Shown here one piece after another: positions 36,296 to 49,152 of a stretch of DNA of 64,000 bases. The DNA is from Selaginella moellendorffii (lineage: Eukaryota; Plantae; Lycopodiophyta). Made by a program: the position numbers and the translations under genes. The first letter of the stretch is position 1; every line of letters starts with the position of its first letter. The DNA is taken from NCBI RefSeq assembly GCF_000143415.4, contig NW_003314287.1, positions 1,257,374 through 1,321,373 on the forward strand. The letters are read 5' to 3'. The notes under the pieces are model-generated. The model was given only the letters and a program-made list of their open reading frames with translations, was not told where the DNA came from and searched no databases.

Positions 36296-38062
36296 TGTAA
36301 GCGACTAAATTTTTCATTCTACTTTAGTCACTTAACCACACCTCCGACCACTTGGAGGAGTCTCACTCACAACCTCCATAAGTTCTATTCCGGGCTTGGG
36401 CGTGCCAACCTTTGCACTTGGCCCAAGTGCTCCACGTGTTCAATCCCATGACCAACACCCCAAAGTACCATCAACATATTAGCCTGTTACGCTAAGGCCA
36501 TGCCCCTTCACCTTGGTCACACCGGTGGTCTAACACCACTTGTATCACAGTCCCATCTCTCAAAGACTGGGCCATCCATCCATGAGTGATCATCCCTGAT
36601 CCACTCCTTAGCATCCTTAGGATGCCCACAGACATGGGGATTAACTTTCCCCAATATCCCTTTTCCAATCCCCACCAAATCCCTTTTTGTCCATGGCCAT
36701 GTTCACCAACACTGCCACTAGATTAAGGCCTACAAGCCTGACCATTAAGTCCCTTAGTCCTCTGGGACTACCTCCTCACATGACCGTATCCTTGGTCTCT
36801 ACACTAAAGGATGGCTCCTCCTCCTTTTCACAGTCTGGGACTTTGGGGCAACATTTTGGAACACCGCAGCTTTACGTGAGCCTCATGGGTACTCTCCCCG
36901 CCTTCTGCCTTTGGGTGCTCTAGCCATGGGCTTAGAGCAAGGTTCCGTTGAGCCACGCCAGGTATCCAAGTAGGTAGTGCCACCCACACTTGGACTGGGA
37001 GCATCGGCCAATCGATCTCTTGGGGGAACTAAAGCCAGCTCTTGAACACTTCACCAAGCTACCTTGCTTGTCAATCCATGTTCACTCTAGTCTTGGACTT
37101 CCCAGTGGGCAGCTCATCACTCAACACTGGGTACAGCCTTCCTAGGCTAAACTGGCCTTTCCTGGCCAAACTGACTCCACTGCAATCCTCCCCCTTACTA
37201 TACTTTTGGAGCTTACCAAACCCCCTAGGGTCTGGGAGACAAACGCTTTGGGCTTTCACCCTCTCAGACTTGAACTCGGACTCGGACTCGAACTCAGACT
37301 CAGACTCAGTCTCGGGCTCGGGCTCGGTCTCGGGCTCGGGCTCGGGCTCGGTCTCGACCTCGGCCTCGGTCTTGGTCTCGGTCCTAATCTCGGTCTCAGT
37401 CCCGGTCTCGGTCCCGGTCTCGGTCTCGACCTCGGACTCCATCTCGGGTCCTTCTTGGACTCCATCTCAGACTCCGTCTCGGATTCCATTTCGGACTCCG
37501 TCTTGGATTCCATCTCAGACTCCGTTTTGGTCCATCTCAGACTCCATCTCGGACTCCATCTCGGTCCATCTCAGACTCCATCTCGGACTCCATCTCAGAC
37601 TCCATCTCGGACTCCATCTCAGACTCCATCTCGGGTCCATCTCGGGTCCATCTCGGACTCCATCTTGGACTCCAACTCGGGTCCATCTCGGACTCCAACT
37701 CGGGTCCATCTCGGACTCTAACTCGGGTCCATCTTAGACTCCAACTCGGGTCCATCTCGGAGTCCATCTCGGACTCCAACTCGGGTCCATCTCGGACTCC
37801 ATCTCGGGTCCATCTCGAACTCCAACTCGGGTCCATCTCGGACTCCTCCATGTGTCATGTGTTGGTCCTTTTGGGTCCCTTTTTGGAGCCTCGCTTATTG
37901 CTCACTTCATGCTTATTCTTTGAGCACTTTGTTGGGAGTTCCACTCTCGCTCTCCACCTTTCAAGTCGGAGCTTTCAATCCAAACGTGTTACATTCGTTT
38001 GGCTTTCGCTTCGGCCACTACCACATGGCACCCTTTCGGCTCCACTTTTTTTGTGTCTCACA
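36296..38062 (-). mobile_element. Solo LTR (family A-related), 1767 bp, with 5-bp TSD ATAGG
   Basis: TG at 36296 ... CA at 38062; ATAGG at 36291-36295 and 38063-38067; minus-strand end ...GAAAAATTTAGTCGCTTACA resembles the LTR end at 2517; internal hexamer tandem repeat 37270-37850. Confidence 0.9.
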
Positions 38063-38068
38063 ATAGGC

Positions 38069-40270
38069 TGATAGCATGGGAAAGAAATCCATGGAAACTT
38101 GAAAGGTAAATGTTGGATTTTGAGTAAGGCTTTTTTTTCCTGTACTCACATTCTCGCTCCTGCTTACAAAACAGTGACAAAAAAATAGAGACAAGAATGT
38201 AGTAGAAGAAGAGAAGAAGATAGAAGAGAATAAAATATAACTCAACCTCAAACCCCATAAGTAAGGATAAGTATATATCACTCTCTCCACTTTGCATTAA
38301 CAGTCATAAGCGAGAGAAAAAATGGTTAATTCAATGTAAATGCATACAATAGTGAGTGAGTTGTTTTTCAACACATTTAAGTTCTACTTATATACTACAT
38401 AATTTTATAACCATTCTTAATTGCTTCTCGCCTATGTCAGGTCTTTTCTTTTTGGATGCTTAAACTTAAGTATAAATACATTTTGCCTAAGTTTGCTTAT
38501 TTTGCTCTACTTGGGAAAATATAGAAAATAAAACATTTACCTCTTTATCACTCCCCCATAACAAAGTTACTATTTGTCCTCAGGCAGTCAAATTCTCCAA
38601 ATCCTACTCCAGGTTGCTAAACTTGGTCTTCATAGTGATAAGCTCGATGCTTCAGACTACTAACTTGCTTGGTTGATTTGCAGTCTTGTGAGGGAGGGTG
38701 CTGCTAACCTTGACTTTGTAGTGCTGTTGTGGTGTTTGTTGTTGTTGTGGCTGCCTCATCTTGCTAGATTGATCAGTCAAGAGTGTATCATTGTTGGATG
38801 CCTCTCCGATTCAACTAGAACCTCTTCTGTAGCTTGTCAATCCAGATTTGGGATTGATTTAATGTTTATTAGCCCAATTATCAGCAAGTGTATTTTTGCC
38901 TATGGGTATTCAATCTTTATTGTGAACTGTTAAAGTTCCTACAATAGCTTCTTTGCCTAAGATTGCATAAAATTGTAACAATTGTTTAGTAGGTAAAATT
39001 TTATAAATCCTTTGTAAGTTATAATACTTAAAATTTGCATTTAGCTTGGATAGGCAAATTATATTTTTGTCTAGAAAGAATCCTAGCACTATTTTCTTTT
39101 TGTATAGGTAACTTCATAGATATAAGTCTTACTTACACTATACACCTACAAAATAATCTACATGTATTATCACACCTTCTTTGACATTAGTAAAGGTACT
39201 AAAAGTCAGACTTCTATATACCTTGAGCAGAATATTATCAAGTATTTTGCTTGGTAATTTGTCAAGCTATTTAAGCAATTTCGTTAAATTTATCATTCGC
39301 TGACTTAGTTAGGCACACAAGATAATTTAATTTTTGCCTTTTTATACTTTTGCCTAGTCACATAGAGTGAAGATCAACCAACTTTCATCTAGGTTTATAA
39401 GAAAAATGTATCTTTTAATAAATGTAATGGATCATTGGCAAACATTCTTATTTTGTCTACCCTAATTCCCCTATTCAACTTTTATCAAGACAATGGATGG
39501 TCATCAATTTTCAATCTCTCCACCTAGATGTGTAAGGGTCTTTTCCTTTCTACCCATGCCTAATGTGGTTAATATTAATTCAATGCAAAGACTTTAATGC
39601 ATGATAGTCAATTCCAGAGTAGCTTATTTGCTTCATAGTGGGTCTTACCCTCTAGCTTATAGTCAACTTTGCTCTTATAACTGTGAAATTAGAAAGAATG
39701 ACCTATTGCTCTTAGCAAATTTTAAGCAAATTAGATCAACACTAGGGACTAATTTGAATGGGGTATAAAGATTAATCCATGAAATTGCTTTGTAGAATCA
39801 ACACAAGAGTCAAATTGTTTAATGCATGATAGCCTATTCTAGATCAATTTCTTTGTGTAATGACATTAGATAGCTTTTTAAATATATGATAGCTAATTTG
39901 CAGAAGACTTTGCTTCAAATCTAAATAAAAATTACTTTTCAAAGTAGCTTTTTCATTAATGGGTGGTTATGGTTAATACAAGTCTTTGCTCAAGCTTGTA
40001 TGAAATTTTTTTGAGCTTTAATTAATTTACCTAAGTGTACTAAGTGTAAATTGGTTTGAACAGTTAGAATAATTTGTGATAACCATTTCAAAATTTTGAC
40101 TTATGAGTCTCATAAGCTTTTACAATATGCATAGGAGATTTAAACTTGAGACAAAACTACTCTTAAATTATGTCTAAGTAGTAGTCCAAGCTAAAAGACC
40201 TTAGATCAAAGCCTTAAGACAACACAATGTTTTAATTGTGATTCTACCTTTGTCAAAGCTTTGTAATATT
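38069..40270 (-). mobile_element. Old Ty3/gypsy element (family B): 3' LTR 38069-38550, PPT 38551-38557, decayed RT-RNaseH/integrase
   Basis: Minus strand GGGGGAG followed by TGATAAAGAGGTAAATG; the LTR is the reverse complement homolog of 49153-49553; faint pol-like motifs in 38940-40270. Confidence 0.65.
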
Positions 40271-42589
40271 TAGGTGAATAATTCCTTAATTTGTTTTTTA
40301 CTAAGGCTAGCTTTATCTCTCTTACATTTTAAAAAATAAGGCACAAAAACTACAATAAGTAACATGAGGAGAATAGTAATAGACTTGCAAAATATTAAAG
40401 TTAAAATCATCAATGATTTAGATGTAAAATTAACTTTAGAATATAAAGGATATGTGTTTTTTGATAAATACTTCCACCTTACCATATCAATTAACATAGA
40501 TGCAACTAAAAGTGGAAATTTAGTGATTGGGATAAAATCCCAATCCTATTAGCAATTCTGGAAGCTACTAAAGAACAAGGTAAATTAGTAGTAACAAGAG
40601 ATTGAGTTGTATGCCTAAGCATAATACCAAGTATTATGTAAATTCCAATTGCAAGTATAAGGCTCAATGTAAAAACTTAATATAAACTTAGTGTTAATAT
40701 AAGGAGGAATAAAATTAAACAAAAAGGGTTCTTATGGAATCTTTTTTATTTCTCAGTGGATGAATAAATGCTAGGAAACACTAGGGTAGCTCCAAAAGCA
40801 AAAGAAAAAAATTCCAAATGATTCCAAGGATTCCACCTAAGGATTCCAAAGAAAAAATTCCAAATGATTCCAAAAAATGATTCCAAGGATTCAACCTAAT
40901 TTTAGTATTTTTGGTATATGATGAAATCATGTTTCTTTTGCACCTAAAAATCTTTAAACAATGTTATCCATTGTTTTTGAAAGGCTATTGCAACTTTTGC
41001 CATTTGGAAGCTTGTGGAATCTTGTAAAAACCACCGAGGGAGAGCATTAAAAAACCAATATCAAGTCCTACTTTAGTAGTGTTCAAGTAGTTCTTGTTTC
41101 TTTCTTCTTCTTTTTCTTCTTTGTTTTTGATTGAAGCTTGTAGTGATGGCATTTGGGCTTAGCCAAGTTATTGCAATGCTTCTACTCTTCCTTCACTAAT
41201 TCTTTGCTTTTTAAAATAAACTCAACCTTTATTTAATTGAAGCTTGCAATGATGGCATTTGCACCTGGCCGAGTTATTGCAATGCTTCTACTCTTCTTTC
41301 ATTGGTTCTTTACTCTTTAAAATATACTTAGCTTTTGTGTGATTGAAACTTACAGTGATAGCATTTGCGCTTAAGTGAGTTATTGTTGTGTTTTTGCTCT
41401 TCCTTCATTGGTTTTTTGCTCTTTAAAATATACTCTACCTTTGTCTCATCTTTTTACGCTTGTTTCCATGCTTGTTCCTTTGTTTTGTTTTCTCTGGTGA
41501 ATTCTATTTTTTTCATTACACCCCTTGTATGGCTTAATATAGCTTCTTCCTCTTTTTCTAAAACCCTACTCAATTTTTTAGAAAAGGAGCATTGGTGTAA
41601 AAGGAGATTTGGGAGGTGTAGATTGCATATGTGCAGATCATAAGCTCTAGGTGCTCCTACAAATCCAGCAGCACACTCATTTATTAGCAAATCTAGTAGC
41701 ACACTCATCGCTTAGCAAGGGTGTCAATGTGAAGCACCCCTCCTCTAGGCCAAGGATAGTATTTCAAAGATATAGAAAATGGTACAATAATGACATTGAA
41801 ATGCTTAAATTTAATAAATTTGGCACTTTAATAAATTGTTTGATTTTATTGATAGGTAGATTGTTTTCTTTATATAGTGAAGGTTTTAATATCTTATTTT
41901 AATATCAGGATTAGCAATATTATCATCACTATATACTATTGCTCGTAGTGGACAGGTGGGGATATTAATGTGCATAATAGTTATAGAACTTTATTGACAT
42001 ACCACCCTCCTCATATTCAAATGCATGGAATCTAATAATATAGATTCCTACATGATATTAGCAAAGTAGGCTTTCCCACATTAGGGACATAATGTCATCA
42101 CTACTTTGTTTTATCTAGAGACATTTGGAACTTTGGTGGGATTTTTTATATCTATTGGTGACATGTCAGAAATTGCAATGCTTCACCTTGTACACCTCCA
42201 TTTCAACATTTTCTAAGGTTGTGATATTGCTATTTTGATAGCATTCTTTATTATATTGCCAATGACGTGGCAGCATTTAACAATCATGTTATTATTTTCT
42301 TTCCTTTGAAACCTGTCACTAATTATTATTATGGGATATGTGCTATCTATAGATACATTATATTTATATTTGCCCTCTAATATATTTTTAATCTTTGGCT
42401 TGGCCACAACCTTTTTTACAATATCTCTAGTAAGAGTTTTCTCCCTTTAATATGCTTATCTAAAGGTTTCAATGTTATTAACATAGTTCCTTTTCACCAT
42501 TTATATATATTTCTATTAATAAAAAATATACATACAGTATTCTATAAAAGTTGGATAGAAATTATTAAGACAATTCCTTTTATATTAAT

Positions 42590-43150
42590 TGTAGTGCCGA
42601 ATTTAGAGTCAAACTCCAAGCTTAGAATGAGGGTCCAATACACACTGAAATCCCTTATGAGCACCAATTCCCTATATTTGGCTTCTACATGCAAAATAAA
42701 TAGAATTTACCACAATTTTAATATGCTGATAGCCTAATATAAGAAGGGGGTACCCCATTAACTAATATAGATTGAGAGTCTTATTTTTTTGATACCCCAC
42801 ACCTCAGGTTTAACCCAACTAGAGTAAATTAAACTGCCAAATATCAATTTCAATATGTTGTATGATTCCTCTAGCTAACCAATAAAGTTAGATTTAAAAT
42901 TATTCTAATACCAAATATTAAATTTTAAATTTAAATTTCCTAGAAGGTCACCCAACCTAATACTACTCAAACCCAAAAATATCCAATACCTTTAGCCGAT
43001 TAAAAGAAGAGGTGCACTCTTAGGTGAACCCCAATAAACTTTCTCTCAAATTATTATCTTTGGTTGTTTATATATATTTCTAACTACTATCCTAGTATAT
43101 ATTTGGAATCCTTAGACATTCAATTTAAAATGTAAAATCTATTAACAATG
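42590..43150 (-). mobile_element. Degenerate LTR fragment related to 51494-52180
   Basis: TGTAGTGC end, and shared CTAG.AGGTCA.CCAA.C.AATA and CTACTATCC.AGTATATATTTGGAA.CC segments. Confidence 0.5.
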
Positions 43151-44319
43151 TTATATTGCACCTCCTTGGCAAAAATGTAAATGGAAAAAATATAAACTTT
43201 CATGATTGTCTTTTCTTAAGGAACAAAGAGAAAGGTAGAAAAGTACTTGCAAAAGTTTAGGATGATAAACACTACCACTCACTATTACCCTTATTCAAAT
43301 GTTGATAAAATTAAAGTTAGATATGTTTCTTGAGCTTAAAACCATTAATGTTCATTTACAATTCTACACTAAAAGATTATAGTGAAAAAAAAACACTTTC
43401 ATTTACAAATATTAACCCTATATTTAATACTTTGTCAATATCTTTGATGGTAATTAAATTAAATTTTTATTAAAGCTTGATATACATTTCCACCAGGGTG
43501 TTGCCCAAAGTTAAAATAAAAGTAAGTACTTGCTCCTTGAAAATTCAATTTCTCAAAATTATAAGAATTGTTTACTTTCTATTGAGCTTTTCACTCAAGT
43601 AAGAATGATAGGAATCAAATATTGAAGCTTTTATAACAGCATCAATAACTTGCTTTGGCTTAGGAGAGATGGTGAATTAAGAGTGTATAAATCGACAAGA
43701 ATACTTGTCATGAACATCTATAATTCATCTTGATACACTTAAACAAGATTTTCAAATTTACAAAAAACTTATCAATTTCTCTATACCAAGTATGAGTGGA
43801 TGTACTTTTTATAGACAATCTAATTTCCTAGATAAGTTTTATACTTAGTCATATAAAAAACTTTGTGAATAAGGTTGCTCAAAAGGTATGTGCAAATTTA
43901 ATTCTTGCCTTCCAAATTCTCGTAGGATTTATTAATGCACTATTAACTTGTGTAATGATGAGAGCTAGATTGTTGTCCTTGATTGGTTTAAAAGTTTTGT
44001 TATAATGCCAAGGCATAGCATCAAAAACAAAATGGGCATCCATAATAATTTTGCACTTGGCATATAAATTGTCGCGCATGTGACTTCGGGTATCGAAAGT
44101 TACCTGTCGACCAGTCCTTACGGACACTCTTACCTTACTGCCACGATGGCAGAAGGTCGGTATTGCTGGACCCTTTATCAGCCCCTCTTGTTCAAGTGTT
44201 AGTAAACTGGACTTTGCATCTGTACTTGGCCAGATGAGCATAAGGACGGAATTCCTAAGTGTCTATTCAGCCAAGCATACTTGGCCTGGCTTTTTAGGTC
44301 TCTTTTGCTCTGTCTTGCA

Positions 44320-44419
44320 NNNNNNNNNNNNNNNNNNNNNNNNNNNNNNNNNNNNNNNNNNNNNNNNNNNNNNNNNNNNNNNNNNNNNNNNNNNNNNNNN
44401 NNNNNNNNNNNNNNNNNNN
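44320..44419. other. Assembly gap (100 N)
   Basis: Run of N. Confidence 1.
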
Positions 44420-44730
44420 ACTTGGGTCTAAGCCCAAGTTCCATTCCATGCTAGCTGGTGGAGTACCCATATCCTCACGTTAGGCCACCAGTATGCCGAA
44501 ATAGCGCCAGACTCTGTTTGGCTCCGTTTTGCATGCTGGTCCTGGCATTGGGATGCTGGTTGCTTCAAGACTATTCCAAGTCGCTCCGGGCTCCTGTCCT
44601 TTCGCTCCTTGGGCTATATGCTCGGGAGTTGCTCCATGGTCCGGTTCCATCACTCCTTGGTGTCACGCTTGGGAGTTTGGCACTGTTCCTTCGTTCAGTG
44701 GCCCAAGGCCCTAAACCTCGGGTTCCTATA

Positions 44731-44860
44731 GACACGTGGCACGGACACGTGGTATGTGACACATGGCATCTGTCACGTGGCACAAAGAGGGTTTAGGTTC
44801 CGCTTCGTGGTGTTATCCTATGGTAAATCACCATAGGATAAAGGGTCAAAACCACGTGCG
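44731..44860 (+). promoter_or_regulatory. LTR-borne cluster of four CACGTG G-box/ABRE motifs plus a perfect 12-bp hairpin (44813-44841); repeated in every unit
   Basis: GACACGTGGC, GACACGTGG, TCACGTGGC, CCACGTG; TTATCCTATGGT-AAATC-ACCATAGGATAA. Confidence 0.6.
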
Positions 44861-45124
44861 CTACATAAATCCAAAAGTACCTTGAGTATGTATTTTTATT
44901 TTCTTCTACAGAATATTACTCTTGTGTTTTGTACACTCATAACCTTCCAAGTGTTAAATTTATATTCAAAGGCATAAAGTTACAAAATTCATAATGTAAA
45001 ACTATTTGTAGATTTCTACAAGAAATAGTGAGTTTTTGTAGCTAATATTTAGCAATGTGAAAATTTTATAATCTTTATAATATAATTCAGCTTGTTTGTT
45101 TCACTTAACTCATTTTAGGAAGAA

Positions 45125-45349
45125 ATGGTGTTTTCTAAAAATATGATATGTGTTTTTTTGATGATTTTTACTTTAGTTACAAGTTTTAGAGATGCAAACT
45201 TAGGAATTGTACCAGCAAGTAAGCTCTCTAAAGGTGGAATTTTACATCCTTTAGCAGCATCTTGCTCATGTTCTACATATTATTGTGTCAATCCATACAT
45301 AATATGTGATTGTAATCCAGGTTGTAGTTGTTTATGTTACTCTTCATAA
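45125..45349 (+). CDS. Small secreted 8-Cys peptide precursor (74 aa), array copy 1
   Basis: Hydrophobic signal peptide, ~22-aa pro-region, C-terminal SCSCSTYYCVNPYIICDCNPGCSCLCYSS; Cys spacing conserved in the diverged paralog at 60215. Confidence 0.85.
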   Translation: MVFSKNMICVFLMIFTLVTSFRDANLGIVPASKLSKGGILHPLAASCSCSTYYCVNPYIICDCNPGCSCLCYSS

Positions 45350-46337
45350 AAATAAAGCATGATTATGTTACTTCCTTACAAAAATAAAGTATGATTATAA
45401 ATCTATGACTAAATTATTTACAATTCTTAAATTACAAGATATGGTTTTCTATACATAGTCATATAAAGTTTTTGAAAATATGCTTTAGAGGAATTTGAGT
45501 TCATTTAAAAATCTAATAAAGAGGTAAATGTTTTCAAATGTATAGTAGGGATAGTGGGTAGGTTGGGCATGGCCGACCAACCTGAGGCATAGTCTAGCTC
45601 CCGCTTGCGTGCCTGTCCTTGTTCTGCGTCCAGCTTGGGTCTAAGCCCAAGTTCCATTCCATGCTAGCTGGTGGAGTACCCATATCCTCACGTTAGGCCA
45701 CCAGTATGCCGAAATAGCGCCAGACTCTGTTTGGCTCCGTTTTGCATGCTGGTCCTGGCATTGGGATGCTGGTTGCTTCAAGACTATTCCAAGTCGCTCC
45801 GGGCTCCTGTCCTTTCGCTCCTTGGGCTATATGCTCGGGAGTTGCTCCATGGTCCGGTTCCATCACTCCTTGGTGTCACGCTTGGGAGTTTGGCACTGTT
45901 CCTTCGTTCAGTGGCCCAAGGCCCTAAACCTCGGGTTCCTATAGACACGTGGCACGGACACGTGGTATGTGACACATGGCATCTGTCACGTGGCACAAAG
46001 AGGGTTTAGGTTCCGCTTCGTGGTGTTATCCTATGGTAAATCACCATAGGATAAAGGGTCAAAACCACGTGCGCTACATAAATCCAAAAGTACCTTGAGT
46101 ATGTATTTTTATTTTCTTCTACAGAATATTACTCTTGTGTTTTGTACACTCATAACCTTCCAAGTGTTAAATTTATATTCAAAGGCATAAAGTTACAAAA
46201 TTCATAATGTAAAACTATTTGTAGATTTCTACAAGAAATAGTGAGTTTTTGTAGCTAATATTTAGCAATGTGAAAATTTTATAATCTTTATAATATAATT
46301 CAGCTTGTTTGTTTCACTTAACTCATTTTAGGAAGAA

Positions 46338-46562
46338 ATGGTGTTTTCTAAAAATATGATATGTGTTTTTTTGATGATTTTTACTTTAGTTACAAGTTTT
46401 AGAGATGCAAACTTAGGAATTGTACCAGCAAGTAAGCTCTCTAAAGGTGGAATTTTACATCCTTTAGCAGCATCTTGCTCATGTTCTACATATTATTGTG
46501 TCAATCCATACATAATATGTGATTGTAATCCAGGTTGTAGTTGTTTATGTTACTCTTCATAA
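46338..46562 (+). CDS. Small secreted 8-Cys peptide precursor, array copy 2
   Basis: Identical protein to copy 1. Confidence 0.82.
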   Translation: MVFSKNMICVFLMIFTLVTSFRDANLGIVPASKLSKGGILHPLAASCSCSTYYCVNPYIICDCNPGCSCLCYSS

Positions 46563-47550
46563 AAATAAAGCATGATTATGTTACTTCCTTACAAAAATAA
46601 AGTATGATTATAAATCTATGACTAAATTATTTACAATTCTTAAATTACAAGATATGGTTTTCTATACATAGTCATATAAAGTTTTTGAAAATATGCTTTA
46701 GAGGAATTTGAGTTCATTTAAAAATCTAATAAAGAGGTAAATGTTTTCAAATGTATAGTAGGGATAGTGGGTAGGTTGGGCATGGCCGACCAACTTGAGG
46801 CATAGTCTAGCTCCCGCTTGCGTGCCTGTCCTTGTTCTGCGTCCAGCTTGGGTCTAAGCCCAAGTTCCATTCCATGCTAGCTGGTGGAGTACCCATATCC
46901 TCACGTTAGGCCACCAGTATGCCGAAATAGCGCCAGACTCTGTTTGGCTCCGTTTTGCATGCTGGTCCTGGCATTGGGATGCTGGTTGCTTCAAGACTAT
47001 TCCAAGTCGCTCCGGGCTCCTGTCCTTTCGCTCCTTGGGCTATATGCTCGGGAGTTGCTCCATGGTCCGGTTCCATCACTCCTTGGTGTCACGCTTGGGA
47101 GTTTGGCACTGTTCCTTCGTTCAGTGGCCCAAGGCCCTGAACCTCGGGTTCCTATAGACACGTGGCACGGACACGTGGTATGTGACACATGGCATCTGTC
47201 ACGTGGCACAAAGAGGGTTTAGGTTCCGCTTCGTGGTGTTATCCTATGGTAAATCACCATAGGATAAAGGGTCAAAACCACGTGCGCTACATAAATCCAA
47301 AAGTACCTTGAGTATGTATTTTTATTTTCTTCTACAGAATATTACTCTTGTGTTTTGTACACTCATAACCTTCCAAGTGTTAAATTTATATTCAAAGGCA
47401 TAAAGTTACAAAATTCATAATGTAAAACTATTTGTAGATTTCTACAAGAAATAGTGAGTTTTTGTAGCTAATATTTAGCAATGTGAAAATTTTATAATCT
47501 TTATAATATAATTCAGCTTGTTTGTTTCACTTAACTCATTTTAGGAAGAA

Positions 47551-47775
47551 ATGGTGTTTTCTAAAAATATGATATGTGTTTTTTTGATGATTTTTACTTT
47601 AGTTACAAGTTTTAGAGATGCAAACTTAGGAATTGTACCAGCAAGTAAGCTCTCTAAAGGTGGAATTTTACATCCTTTAGCAGCATCTTGCTCATGTTCT
47701 ACATATTATTGTGTCAATCCATACATAATATGTGATTGTAATCCAGGTTGTAGTTGTTTATGTTACTCTTCATAA
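47551..47775 (+). CDS. Small secreted 8-Cys peptide precursor, array copy 3
   Basis: Identical protein to copy 1. Confidence 0.82.
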   Translation: MVFSKNMICVFLMIFTLVTSFRDANLGIVPASKLSKGGILHPLAASCSCSTYYCVNPYIICDCNPGCSCLCYSS

Positions 47776-48763
47776 AAATAAAGCATGATTATGTTACTTC
47801 CTTACAAAAATAAAGTATGATTATAAATCTATGACTAAATTATTTACAATTCTTAAATTACAAGATATGGTTTTCTATACATAGTCATATAAAGTTTTTG
47901 AAAATATGCTTTAGAGGAATTTGAGTTCATTTAAAAATCTAATAAAGAGGTAAATGTTTTCAAATGTATAGTAGGGATAGTGGGTAGGTTGGGCATGGCC
48001 GACCAACTTGAGGCATAGTCTAGCTCCCGCTTGCGTGCCTGTCCTTGTTCTGCGTCCAGCTTGGGTCTAAGCCCAAGTTCCATTCCATGCTAGCTGGTGG
48101 AGTACCCATATCCTCACGTTAGGCCACCGGTATGCCAAAATAGCGCCAGACTCTGTTTGGCTCCGTTTTGCATGCTGGTCCTGGCATTGGGATGCTGGTT
48201 GCTTCAGGACTATTCCAAGTCGCTCCGGGCTCCTGTCCTTTCGCTCCTTGGGCTATATGCTCGGGAGTTGCTCCATGGTCCGGTTCCATCACTCCTTGGT
48301 GTCACGCTTGGGAGTTTGGCACTGTTCCTTCGTTCAGTGGCCCAAGGCCCTAAACCTCGGGTTCCTATAGACACGTGGCACGGACACGTGGTATGTGACA
48401 CATGGCATCTGTCACGTGGCACAAAGAGGGTTTAGGTTCCGCTTCGTGGTGTTATCCTATGGTAAATCACCATAGGATAAAGGGTCAAAACCACGTGCGC
48501 TACATAAATCCAAAAGTACCTTGAGTATGTATTTTTATTTTCTTCTACAGAATATTACTCTTGTGTTTTGTACACTCATAACCTTCCAAGTGTTAAATTT
48601 ATATTCAAAGGCATAAAGTTACAAAATTCATAATGTAAAACTATTTGTAGATTTCTACAAGAAATAGTGAGTTTTTGTAGCTAATATTTAGCAATGTGAA
48701 AATTTTATAATCTTTATAATATAATTCAGCTTGTTTGTTTCACTTAACTCATTTTAGGAAGAA

Positions 48764-48988
48764 ATGGTGTTTTCTAAAAATATGATATGTGTTTTTTTGA
48801 TGATTTTTACTTTAGTTACAAGTTTTAGAGATGCAAACTTAGGAATTGTACCAGCAAGTAAGCTCTCTAAAGGTGGAATTTTACATCCTTTAGCAGCATC
48901 TTGCTCATGTTCTACATATTATTGTGTCAATCCATACATAATATGTGATTGTAATCCAGGTTGTAGTTGTTTATGTTACTCTTCATAA
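48764..48988 (+). CDS. Small secreted 8-Cys peptide precursor, array copy 4
   Basis: Identical protein to copy 1. Confidence 0.82.
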   Translation: MVFSKNMICVFLMIFTLVTSFRDANLGIVPASKLSKGGILHPLAASCSCSTYYCVNPYIICDCNPGCSCLCYSS

Positions 48989-49152
48989 AAATAAAGCATG
49001 ATTATGTTACTTCCTTACAAAAATAAAGTATGATTATAAATCTATGACTAAATTATTTACAATTCTTAAATTACAAGATATGGTTTTCTATACATAGTTA
49101 TATAAATTTTTTGAAAATATGCTTTAGAGGAATTTGAGTTCATTTAAAAATC

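Larger units (their letters stand above)
44070..44865 (+). mobile_element. Young LTR element or solo LTR spanning the assembly gap, TSD TAAAT
   Basis: TAAAT(44065-44069)-TGTCGCG... and ...GCGCTACA(44865)-TAAAT(44866-44870); GC-rich relative to flanks; true length unknown because of the gap. Confidence 0.75.

Noticed and set aside
40270-44060. AT-rich short ORFs (e.g. 43879-44241)
   Set aside because: Probably decayed TE sequence; no motif I could assign, and the ORF is chimeric across the LTR insertion at 44070.
44458-44796. 112-aa ORF (and overlapping 61/70-aa ORFs) repeated in each array unit
   Set aside because: Lies wholly within LTR sequence, has a non-ATG start and no domain; it recurs only because of the tandem duplication.
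44813-44865. Hairpin plus terminal CTAC as a Helitron 3' end
   Set aside because: TG...CA ends, a 5-bp TSD (TAAAT) and a TATA-like motif shared with a PBS-flanked LTR fit an LTR; the end is not CTRR.
45260-45346. Metallothionein, defensin or cyclotide identity of the Cys-rich peptide
   Set aside because: A signal peptide and aromatic residues argue against metallothionein; there is no CxxxC...CxC CS-alpha-beta arrangement at defensin spacing; it has 8 rather than 6 Cys and no Asn/Asp cyclisation tail.
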